Shown: positions 11,817 to 23,700 of the stretch, in pieces
Layout: every line of letters begins with the position of its first letter
Numbering within the stretch: position 1 is the first letter of the stretch
NCBI GenBank assembly: GCA_051362555.1
Contig: CM120640.1
Location: forward strand, 24,786,225 to 24,850,224
Source of the DNA: Lingula anatina
Taxonomy: Eukaryota; Animalia; Brachiopoda
Reading direction: 5' to 3'
Length of the DNA stretch: 64,000 nucleotides
Made by a program: the position numbers and the translations under genes
Notes under the pieces: model-generated
Seen by the model: only the letters and a program-made list of their open reading frames with translations
Databases searched by the model: none
What the model was told of the DNA's origin: nothing

Positions 11817-14800
11817 TTAACGACAGCCACAACCAGTGGCTATCATACGAGGAAATGATAAAATCACCACATTGCCATCTTCATCGAAGTGCATCAATCC
11901 GTGTTGCTTATAAGTAATAGGGACGCAGTGAGCGACTGGGATGTGCTTTTGCCTATGCAGGATGCGATACAGGCTTTGGACAAGCCCGTGGTTGGTAATA
12001 TTCGTGTCGCCGAATTTCAAAGGTCGTGGACAAGAACCGGCGCAGTAATTTGGTGAAAACCCAGAGGGAGCTATGATCCAATCCCATCCTAATTCAGCAA
12101 ACTTGATGTCCCAGGAATGCAGCTTACAGGCAAGGTCTGCGTCCCTTCTCTGAAGACGTAGAGCTGGTGGAGGTGTCTCGCGAAGTCGCTGGAGAGCCAC
12201 TGAATAAAGCTGATCAACTGAGGTCGAGAAAAAAACCAAAAGCGGCGAATATTTGGGATGGTCATTTTTCAGATGATACATCCGACGCAAGAGGCTTTGC
12301 TTTCTCAAGGGTTCTCGCATTAGTGGCGTGATCTTGATGCGGAAACCATGTTTCGATCTTGATCTGTCAGCCCAACCAAGAACGATGTTTGTCACGTTGA
12401 AGGTATGGAAACCGTCCTTCAAAACATCGTTAGGTCGAACGAGCCGGTAAGCCACTGGTCCTTTAGCAGCGATGTCGGCATCCTCGATGGTGACCTAACG
12501 ATAGAAATTAAATACTGAAATATTCCGTCTTATCAGTTAGAGCTTTGAAAAATAAATAAATTTCGCTATAACTTCGACAAAAAAACGCCAATAATTCATG
12601 GAAACAATGGTAACTGAGTATGACAATGGTTAATCAAATGACACATGCATTTCAATAAGTGCAAATACGTATCTACAAGAATTGGTATCTACATGTATTA
12701 CGGGGGTTCCGGGATATCAAGAAAGGGATTTTTATCCCGGACCCTGCCCGGACCCTTTTCCCCGACTATGATCTATTCAAATTCATTCTGACAGATACTG
12801 TAAATTACTGTAAAATATTGTAAATCATATAGCTTCTTCGTACTTTTCGCATATCCAGACCAAAAAGAGTTAAGCAAAAGCTAGGAATATTAACTTATTG
12901 GATTAAAAAATTAACAGAAATACGTGGCCCCGTCAGTTTGATGTCAGATAACGTACATTAAACGGAGCTCCCAACTCCATGAAGTGCAGGATCGACAACG
13001 CCTTATGGTGGACTACAAGCTGTACCTGGCGAATTTCATCCAGGTGAGGGATGTTGATTACTTTGAAATCAATAATCTCTGGATGTCTACCTGGAATAGT
13101 AAAAATCGAGGATCAAATATGGTTTACTGGCAGTATGAAATGACAATTACCTTGAAAAAGTCTTTTACTATAAATATAGCAGTTTTTACAACGGATAAAA
13201 TACAGGCGTATTTGCGATTCGGCCATCAATTTGTTTGAATGTCCAACATAACTAAACCACAGTATACAATATATGCGATAGTAGAATAATTTTATGCGTG
13301 TGTTACTACAAATTCCCACATAACACGAGCAGTGCTGTGTATGAAATTAAGTTTACAGAGTTTACACAATTAAAGGGATGACAAGTCTTTATTAGGGCGG
13401 GAAAAGTGCCATTTTTCTGGGGTAGACGACGATTTTCCATGGTTAATAGGTCTGTTCCGACATTCAAAGTCAGTCGATTTTTTAACCGTGTTTTTGTAAT
13501 AATCTCTGAAAGAGACTAAATTTCAGGTCCAGTAATAGTTTAACAGATTATTGAGGAGGGTAGCCATCTACATATGAATGTCCACGTGGTTCGATGGCAA
13601 GCACAGATTTCTGAATAATTGCGACAGCCGCTGTTTTGGTGGTAAAATGGAATTTATTACATTTCAATGTGAGAATATTTGAGAGCTGTGTACTATCAAC
13701 TCTTCTCTATGGTTCAGAATGCTGGCGCATAACAGAAGAAGACCTAAGGAAGCTATCTTTCTTTTACACCTCAAGCCTCAGAATTTTTTAAAAATATTCT
13801 GGTCAAGATCTATATCAAATGACGATCTGTTAAAGCAAACCAACCAGAGAAACATAGGTGAAGTCATCAGGACAAGAAGATGGAAATGGATTGGTCATGA
13901 GCTGAGAAAAGACCCAAAGTCCACCACAAAAGTATCCATGTACTGGACACCAGAGGGACACAGAAAAAGAGGCAGACCTAAGACCACACGGGGAAGGACT
14001 GTCGAAGCAGAGGTAAAACAATTGGGAGAAAGTTGGGGGACAATCCTGGCTAGAGACAGAGAGGACCTCTGTTGATGCCCTAGACGCCTGACGGCGTAAA
14101 AGGAGATAGTTTATAGTATTTATGTGTAATTTTTGTGGTATTTTGAATGTCATGTATAGAGTAGTTATACATTTAATGAAATATTTTTACTTAACATACT
14201 ACTTTTTGACTACCGCATAACATTGCTCGTATGGATGAAAGTCTGCAAAACGAACACTAGTACTGAAACTCTGGATTAGTCTGACTAATGTGTATTTATG
14301 GTGTGTTACATGTACAACTACCCTTTTTTAGTTGAATTTACTAAGATCTGTCTATCATGAAGTATACGAAAACATGGTGAAATATGCTAACAGCTTTTAG
14401 TTATTATACATTGTAGTATCACATTAAAAATATTGCTGTTTTTAAGCTTCTGAAGGTTGTTATTTCGCCAACTTAAAATTTGACCACATGCCCAATTTTT
14501 TTAAACTGAAGAATAAGTAATGTTATAAATTTTTACCGTTTAAGTTGCAAAGATATCAATTTAATACAATCTAGTATCTTTTTAAGCTCACCTTCACGTC
14601 CACCTGAAGATCTGATTCCCTGGATACGTGTCGCAGTAGGCCGATTTGAACTAGATACACTTTGGGGTTCGAAGGCCGCACCATTTGTCATCTCCTTATA
14701 CAGTTTCCACATATACTTGTTCACAACCTTGTTACTTTTGCCGTTTACCCTAGGAGGTATCTGACGATCAAAGAAGTGGAGAAATCTATCCCGAACATAG

Positions 14801-14931
14801 TTGTTATTTTGAAACGATGTCTTTTCTGGAAAGACGCTGGCCAATTGACCGCTTGGGGTTGTTTCAGCCGATGCCTGACAAGCGGCGAAACAAATTATTA
14901 GAAGACTGAAAGATACGATCGCCACAGACAT
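11817..14931 (-). CDS. Divergent TGF-beta/BMP superfamily ligand precursor (~383 aa, 3 exons)
   Basis: Exons 14931-14592, 13090-12957 and 12494-11817 splice in phase. Signal peptide MSVAIVSFSLLIICFAACQA, prodomain (KYMWKLY; FKVINIPHLDEI), RLQRR furin-type site, and mature cystine-knot C...LGWDWIIAP...YCAGSC...HCVP...CGCR. Confidence 0.93.
13770..14110 (+). mobile_element. 5'-truncated RTE-clade LINE fragment in intron 1 of the ligand gene (antisense to it)
   Basis: ORF segment LKIFWSRSISNDDLL...IRTRRWKWIGHELR...WTPEGHRKRGRPKTT is the typical post-RT C-terminus of RTE-type non-LTR ORFs. Confidence 0.8.
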
Positions 14932-14944
14932 TGCGAATTGAAAG

Positions 14945-15045
14945 ATAACTGTGAACTCAAAGAAAACGCAAACCTATATATATATACTGTTTATAAAAGG
15001 GTCTGATTGGTTTTTAGTGACCCAATTGGCCATAAGCCAATGAAA
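14945..15045 (-). promoter_or_regulatory. TATA/CCAAT core promoter of the TGF-beta-like gene
   Basis: TATATATA run at ~14975-14986 lies ~30 nt upstream of an initiator-like tcacagtt just before the ATG. CCAAT boxes at ~15003-15042. Confidence 0.55.
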
Positions 15046-17287
15046 ATGGAATTGAAATTCGAATACACGTGTTTGTATATATTTGTACTTGTGATAAGTC
15101 CAGCTGTGTAAACGACGAAGATAGCACAAATAAAGTTTTTAAAGCTATTACTGGACTTGAAATTAGTTCTCAATCAGTCTGAGCCTTGGTGACGTATTCG
15201 CCTAAAAGTTCCAGCACGTCTTTGAGACTTCTATCTACAGAATTAAAAAATGGGGAAATATCGTAAGCCACGGGGTTTCATTCAGTATATAACGGGTACA
15301 TGTATATTTCATAATGATTAAATATAATATTTTGTATACTTTGCAAGTATCGTTGAACATCAATTGATTCATTATTTTCATAAACCTTGGACGGGTTGTA
15401 TTCAAACAGCACGTCCCACGAGACTTCATTTTACAGACGACTCTATTTCAGGAATGAATGAGTAGAAGGTAATCAAACTACGTTTAACTTATATGCGATC
15501 GCGTTAGTAGTAGTTTGTAGTTTGTAGTATTGAATAAATCAGATTTGCTGGAATTTCCTTTTTCAGGACAGGTTGTTCCTTTTTTGAGGGAGGTAAATAA
15601 TTGTGAAAGTCACAAGGACAAGGTTACATTCCTCCCCCGGATGATTATCGACCCGCAATAATACTACCCGAATGATCATCCCCACTTGGTAAAAATGCGA
15701 CATATAAAACACAATTCTTAATCTCAAAATCTTACCAGATCCTGATAGTGATATTTATTACATGTATTATTATTATTATTCATAAACCGATGCGAAGGCG
15801 TTTCGGTTTGGTATCGGTATTGGGTGCGTTTTACATCAAGACGGTATGAAAAATGTTTAAAAAACACAAGCATTTTCATTAAAGACGTTATACCACCGTT
15901 TCCCAAAGACGTCCGTCTCTGTTACCAAGACCAGTGGTTGACTGGATTGTAATACATGGAGACTCACGTCTAAATACAGTCTACCTTAAATTGCTGAGTA
16001 TGGATGATGTTGAGGTACATGTACATGTGCATGTTATATCCAGAACCAGCAACATTTTCTTTGATCAGGCCATTTGAATTTCTTTGTATAAATGTTCTCA
16101 CAGAGTTAACATCTAATTGCGTCTTAAATGCTGATAAGTACGCATACTTAAAAAACTGTTAATTCAGCCAACTTAAATGTTGTAAACACTGAGGAATATT
16201 ATTTTGCTATAAACAGTTTGCAAATTTTTGTTGAGTGAGCTAACATTTCTTTGTTTTTCAGTGAAATCCTAAGCGATTATGTCATGTAAATCACAGATGG
16301 TTAACGAAAAAAAAAACACGTGAAGACTACATGATCACAAAGTTTCGAAGTATCAAATCACGTCTGAAGAAAGTGATAATTGTGTATGCCTTTTTTTGTA
16401 TTGTTTAAACAGCCGCATATTTGTTAACGAAAGTGTTTATCCTACATCGCCTCTTTTTCTATTTAGCTACAGCTCCCTAGATCCGTTGAACTAAAAGACG
16501 CAATGAAAGGAGCTTTGTGAAGTGAATGTCTTCGTATGATATAAAATTTCACTCTATACTTCTTTCGTCCATATATTAAAGCACTTCAGTGTAAACAACT
16601 GTAATGTCATAATTAAAATATTTATTTATTGATAGGGGTACTCAAGACTAAAAATTTAAAGAAGAACAATAGTTGAAAATAGAACAGCTTTTTGGAGGGA
16701 GGGGGGAGGGGTCATGTCTTTATTTGTGCGCTTTTAATGAAGCACTAGATATTTTTGTCTTTAAATATTTTTAAATTCATTTAAAGCCTATTCAATAGGT
16801 TTTACCGTACTTTCATCTGCGACATAAATAAAGTATTTTGATTCAAAATTGATTCAAAATCTCCGCACGGAGAACAGAGACATAACGGAACACAAGAAAC
16901 CTCGTAAGGTACTGGTGAAGCAACGTAAGGCGTGTACTCATTCATCTTTGGAAAGATGCCAGTGGCCTTCGTGTATGTTTAGGGTGCGAAAATCAGTAAT
17001 AAGATTTTGACAAATTTCACGGAGGGTTGGCAAGTATAACCCCAGAGGCAGACAGGTCCCTCAGTATTGTTCTCGTGTGTTCGAATTATAAGATAGAAGG
17101 TAAAGGGACCGTTAACAGGAGTATCCATACGTCAGCACTTAATTCGACCCTTTCTAGAATGTGTCCAAGTTTAGATGTTCATCATATCTCACCTATTTCA
17201 TGGCAGCAAACGATAAGAAAGACAGTGCCCTCCTTAACAATCTGATGACTATTTGCGTAGATTGCAGGGCTGCGTTACACTAAACAT

Positions 17288-19852
17288 ATGGCACTTTTTG
17301 TGGTGAGAACAATCCTCACCCTCGTTTCCCTTTTGTGTGGTGCCCGGGAGGTGGTAGGGTGTGGAGAAGGGTATATAGATCCAACAATCTCAGAAAACAT
17401 CCAGTACGCAGAAGCTGTGGTCTATGGGAAGGTGTTGGCCCGTTATCCTGCGACTGACACGGGGCTGTCATATACGGTGACTTTGGAAACACACTGTATT
17501 TTCAAGGGACCCCGAGTAAAAGGGCTCATCAACATCACGAAGACTGGCAAGTGAAGTTTACAATTTCTCATATCATTTGTTTGGTTAGGATGTTTTAGTT
17601 CAAGTTCCATTATATCATGCTTAATCAATGCAACTGCACTGGTTTGAACTTTAGACAGTGTTATGATATCTGATGCCCACTAAGCAGGATAAGTCGTAAC
17701 CTCAACTTGCAAAGGTCAAAATAAGAAAATGACAACTGGATCATGAACCTTTGTGCATAGGTTATATGTTTGAATGCATTGCTGGTCCTCTGAAGCCCCT
17801 TTGGAATTTTCAAAATTTCAGACAAAAAAATTGATATAAAAGTGGGGCCGTTTGTAGAACGCACTGTCCATCACTTGAATCTTTATAAAATTGTTTGCAG
17901 CTGTGCCTTTGCTATGTTAACTAAACTATTACAAGATTGTATGTAAAACAATTTTTGATCGCCGGGTTTAACAGACCCCATCTTTTTGCTACACAGTCAT
18001 AATAAAGAGGCTTAATTTGTTGTTTATCATAAATGTTCATCCCAAATTTGGAGACAAAACTATTGTAACCTGGAGAGAATTATGGATGATATGGGTAAAT
18101 TAAGGAAATTTCATAATTTTTGCTCTTGTCATAGGTTCACCTTATTGGACACAAGTTCTTTTTTTGTCTTAATTTTTGTAATAAGATTTTCTCAATGGAT
18201 ACAACTTCATGAATAACCATTATCTGATTTTAAAATGTACTTAAAAACTGTTAAGTCTGTAATACTGTAAATACAATCTGAAAACGAAGATGTTCTTTAT
18301 GTCTCTCGGATGTCCATTCTAATGCAATTATCTATTTTTTTCTAAGTATTTGTCGCAAAAATGGCATTATTGAAGCAGACATTAAGGAAATTTGTGACTG
18401 TAGGCAAATTAGTGGTTCAAAAGTCGTATGAATAAAACCCTTATAGTCTTTAATCTTCTTTAACATTTATCACAAACAAAATCTTATTGATGGAAAATTG
18501 TGTCTTCATATTTAATATTACTTTAAGTCCAACAATGCATTTACCGCTAAGAGGCTCAAATCATTGTGAACGGAGGGTTAGAATATAATTATCATTATGG
18601 AAAACGCCCTTATCCCCATTTTGGCAATACCAGGGCATGTTGCGTCTTCAGTCGATCTCTGTTGAAAATTAAGATTAAATATGTTAGTTTAATCTTCTTT
18701 TTCTGTACAAGGTCATATTCCTGGCTGGTGCTACGAGACTAATTTTCAGGAGAACAGCTGGTACTTCGTGTTCCTGCAAGAGGAAGGCTCTCAGTGGGTC
18801 CCGTCGGAGGTCCCTGTAATCTCCAATGACGTGCGAAAGGTCCAGGAAGTCCTTGGCTCATGTGGTCTTTCTGCAGAAAACCTTCATCCAGTGGGTAAAT
18901 GTCATAATGCTGTTCATAGTTTATTCATTTTTTTAAAAGAAATGCATTTGATCGAATAGAATTAAGAAAAACAAATATTGAAAAACGCCATATGTGTTAA
19001 TCAGCATTAAAAAGCTAAAAAGTATCTCAGCATGTTTTGGTAGTTTCTTTTTTTACACAGCATATGTCATAATAAATGTTTTTGTGGATAATAGGGGACA
19101 AAACCGATAGCAAATACAAATGCCCACAAGTGGATGAAAAAACGTGTCTTGTTGAGTCTACGACCCAAGCAAACAAATCCAGTGCCGGAGTGACGCCTCG
19201 ACCTTCAACGAAAGCTGGGTCTTATCAGAAACAATCTCAGCTGCCTGAAGGTACAGCTGTCACAGTAATTCAATTAAAATATACTGACAGTCAATGAAAA
19301 CTCATTTATTTATCAAATAATATATAAGTTCCTTTGGAACATTAAGAAAATAACAGTTTTCGTGTGAAATATGACCCATTATTCAGTCAAACAAGGTGAC
19401 TTTCTTATGACCAAACAAGTGCATTTGTACTCGTTTATATGGTTGGAATCGATTCTCGGTAAAAAATGTACAAGAAAGTTTTCTGATGCGTTTTCATTGA
19501 CTGTCAGTATATATATGGTATGTTTTTTCTATGTCAATATTACGTTTTTAACAGCCTCTTGGAAACATTCCAATAATTAACTTACAACTAAGGTGTGAAA
19601 ATCATTAGAATTTTATAAGTATCATTTACAGTATGCATACATCTTTTGATTTCAGGCAATGCCGGTGTTTCCGTTCCAATATTTGTGGTGTCTCTTTTCT
19701 TGGTGGCTCTTTTCACAATGCTGTGCGTTCTCACGGTGCTATTTCTGCTTCGGCACAGGTTTGTTAAATACTACACAGATCACTTCAAGTTGCAGAAACT
19801 GAATGAAGACCCAATGCCGTCTGCACTTTCTGGGACGTTTCAGGCAAACTGA
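17288..19852 (+). CDS. Type I membrane protein with signal peptide, NtA/CCDC3-like (OB-fold) ectodomain, S/T-rich stalk, TM helix and short tail (~264 aa)
   Basis: Exons 17288-17546 (GC donor), 18712-18894, 19095-19250 and 19656-19852 in phase. C...AEAVVYGKVLA..P...YTVTLETHCIFKG...INIT..G....C...F....WYFVFL resembles the agrin-NtA/CCDC3 N-terminal domain. TM segment VSVPIFVVSLFLVALFTMLCVLTVLFLL is followed by RHR. Confidence 0.8.
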
Positions 19853-20243
19853 CTGTTAAAATGTTTCACGGCGGAGAGTAAGAAGTTAAAGATAAGGTTT
19901 TAATATTAGAGATAACTATTTGAATGACTATTTTGTATGTATTTTCACTCTAAGAACAAATCGGTTATTGACCCCACCGATAAAATCGGTTGACTTGAAA
20001 TCAGTTACAAACAAAGGTTTACTCGGTTAGTTGTCAACCAGTCAATTGGTCAACATGATGACCTTGTGGATCTGTTACTGAATAACTGACCTGAGAACAT
20101 TTGAAAGGAATATTGAAAGACTGTAAAGTAAACTTGTTGAATCGTGTTTGCTTCGCTTGCTTCACATGCTTGGGGATGGACGAGTTTGTGAAAAAATTCT
20201 TTCTTCCCTCATTCATTTTTAAAGATGTGTTCGTCAGCATCCT

Positions 20244-20317
20244 GTATCGGATGGCCTAGTGGTGAGAGTGCCCGCCAACGAAGGTGGAGAACATGGGTTC
20301 TACTCCGTTTGGGGACA
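20244..20317 (+). pseudogene. Degenerate tRNA-like sequence (tRNA pseudogene or SINE head)
   Basis: A box TGGCCTAGTGG (20252-20262) and B-box-like GGTTCTACTCC (20296-20306) at tRNA spacing. Acceptor and anticodon stems are imperfect. Confidence 0.55.
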
Positions 20318-20732
20318 TGCTAGTCTTTCAAGGCAAATAGTAATAACAGATATAAAGTGATAAGGGTTATGCATCTACTATAAAGACAAAAAACTTTGAA
20401 TTACGGAAACACAATGTAAATTTAATATATAACGCTTTACTTAAAATTGGCAAAATTCATAACAAATAAATGATTTCGAATAAAACCTTCCACAACTGTT
20501 AGAAAAAATATTAAACAGACATCCTTTAAAAAGTATAAATGTATCACAGTAAAAATTACAACATTCGTCTACCTAATGACATTTTGGACGGATAGCGTAC
20601 ATAAATTCATTAGTCTGTCATGGATAAAGATCTTGCACAATATTCAATACATGGCAAATAAAATTAAGGAATGAATTATCTTGAAATACTAGAGTGCATT
20701 TCATATATTGTATAGGAAGTGATGTGGAATGT

Positions 20733-23700
20733 TTACACGGGAGTCGGTGTCTTGGGATTTGCGTCTTGTCTGTTGGCGTTGGCAATGGCTTCGTTACTGT
20801 TCTCCACATATTTCTGCAAACAAAAAATTCAGAATATTTTCAGCAAATTACTTCATCAGCTATGTTATGTTTTTAACATTTTTTCAGGTCCAAAACAATC
20901 TAATTGCATTCTAATAAGATGTTGAGGTACATGTACAGGTCATCTGTACCAACAGTTCATTTAAATGCTTTCTTTATCTAAATGTCCAAAGATGGCATAG
21001 TGACGTAAACGATAATGGGTATCTAAATTGTAGAAATAATAAACCTATCATGTTTACCATTAGGTCTTTGCTCATGTAGTATGGTTTTTGCACGCCATCA
21101 TTGCGCTCACAATCCTCGCAGAAGCAGAGAAACACGGTGTCAATGGCCATCTTGACGACAAAATAAATACATCGGTTACCATTTTAACAACAACAACAGC
21201 AAAAAAAAAAAAAAAAAAACTTTTTGATTACGGACAGTTTTCCACTAAAAAGGAATACATGTAAAGACCGCTCTAACTAAAAGATGACTTCATTAATTCA
21301 TGTAACAAATATATAGATGGGCTATGTTTAAGATTGCTAGATGCACATGGAATTTTGACTCCCTAAATGCTTAAATAAAAAAAAAAAAAAATAATATAAC
21401 TAATATGACAAGATTCCTCACCTCATACACCGACAGGAACACATGAGCCACGAAAAAGGCAAAGAGTCCTACAACTAGCAGTGGCGCCCAAATGTAGTGA
21501 AGGGTAGGCTTAGTCTATGAAAAAATTATTAAAGCATAATAAAAATAAGTACCGGATACTCCTGCCATCCTCAGCAATGGCTTTGAAAATTAGGCCAGAC
21601 TATATAAAAGTAAGATTAAATACAGATATTACCCAGAATACTATATACAAAGGTTTTCAGATTAATTGTTTGTATTTTGGAACACTTCACGTGAACACAA
21701 TGGAAAATTTACACAGTCAACTGATGACAAAAATATTAGTTTAACACTATGAGGAAAACTAAAAATAATTAATTCCGCTCAGTGTTTAAAATATCTTATT
21801 TGCTTGTATTCGTTTGTCTCAAAATAAACCATAATTTCAATTATTATCAAAATCAAAAAGAAAGTATGGTACCTTAAGAAGTTCCAGCCCAACTGCTACT
21901 ACCACGCCAGCGGTGCCAAGTTTGCCGAGAAAAAGCAGAAAGTCGCCCACTGTGTTAATGGCGGCCACACGTAACGCGTTGGTGACAATCAGCGTGAACG
22001 CTTTCTTGGCTGCTTTGCAGAAGTTGTAACCATAGATAGCTGGAAATGAATATAATGCGAAATCTTTAACCCAAAGAAGTGGTAATTTTGGTAAAAATGT
22101 ATTTTTTTAATCTGTTGATGCAGTCAAAAATGTATATTCTTCAGCCATGGTTTGAAGTTTTGCTTAAGTCAAAATTCACCTCATATTGTTATTTTCGAAC
22201 AGCACATGATTACATATCACCCTGCACTGAAATAAAAACGCCTTGAATGAATTCTTTCATACAATTACCAGTTTCGATGTAGGCATTCCTGTTAATGTAT
22301 TTGAGTATCTTCTCGAAGCACCATAGGCAACACATCAAGCATTTGAGCAAAAAATCGACGATTTTAGAGGTTCTTCCTCTTAGTCTAGAAAGATAACAGT
22401 GGTTTGAATGATAGTAGATAACAATGATTTGAATGCTAACGATGATTGGATAAATATGAAAAAGGTTACACATTTATTGGGTAAACATAAAAAAGGTTGC
22501 TCCTAAACATAATTCAGCCTTAGTTAAAACATTGCGAGACAGAAAGCTTACTTCTTTTCGACGAATGCAAGTATCATTCGCATGAGCTGGATAATAGCAA
22601 TAATCAGCGACCCAAAAGCCACGGTGCCCAAATGGTATCTAGAAAAATACAGTAAAATTATCTTGAACTCTTATATAGTACCACATTGTCTGAGAATGAT
22701 TCTGTTGAAATAAGGAATACCACTTCAGAATCATTTTAGGCAAGAGTCGCATGTCATTCACAGCTCATATATCATTAGTAACTTGTACTTAACTTACTTA
22801 TAAGAGGCTTAAACTAATCTATGTTAAGTCAACCTTTGTAAAACTGATTCTGTGTTACCTGATGAGTCTTCCTGTAGATGCGAGGACAGGATACCCTATT
22901 TGGCTTTTGTCTCTATAAAACATGACAGGGAGGTATGAAAACTAAATACACTTCAAAGGTTTACAATATATGCTTGTGCTTGGATTCAATATTTAGCAAA
23001 TATCTCACTCATACATATATGTAGGCAGTTTGTAAAGAGTTGCGGACGCATTGGAATACAGACATTAATGATAATTATTATGATCATTTGAGAACTACCG
23101 AGCAGGCGAATAATGCGACACATAAGTTAAAAAGTTACACATTTCACAAAAGGCATTCATACATGTGTGGAAATAATTTTTCACCAACCTGTGGAAGTAC
23201 CAAGTGGCAATGGCGCCCGCAATGACCATCTGTTGGCAGGCAATGATGAATTGAATGATCCACAGTGTGCCGAATATGTGGTACCACTTAAGATACTGAA
23301 ATACAGAAACGATTTGGACGTACATGTACATAATCTTAATACAGTTTTATACAACAAACCAAATCAATTTCTACATTGAAACATGGATAATTGAAACTTG
23401 ATTCCACTTTCATGGCCCAGAAAACAGGGACAGGATGCAAGGGACCACATTAGAATTGGTAATAAATTATTAGAAAACTGAAAAAGGAAAACAAGATCAA
23501 TCACTACAGATACTCATGGATACTGGGAGCACTGCTAATCAATCTTTCAAACATGTGCGTTCATACGTATCTTGCACGGCTCGTTTCATCAATTAATTTA
23601 CGAATTAACGACGGTCTCTTTGTACTATACAAATAACATTTACAGCATACAGCATACATTATTTAGGCATGTGCAACTTATCACATTAAGCTGATGAATT

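Noticed and set aside
12984-13238. Plus-strand 84-aa ORF
   Set aside because: Antisense shadow of exon 2 of the TGF-beta-like gene.
20244-20317. Functional tRNA gene
   Set aside because: Mismatched acceptor stem, non-canonical anticodon loop and altered T-loop.
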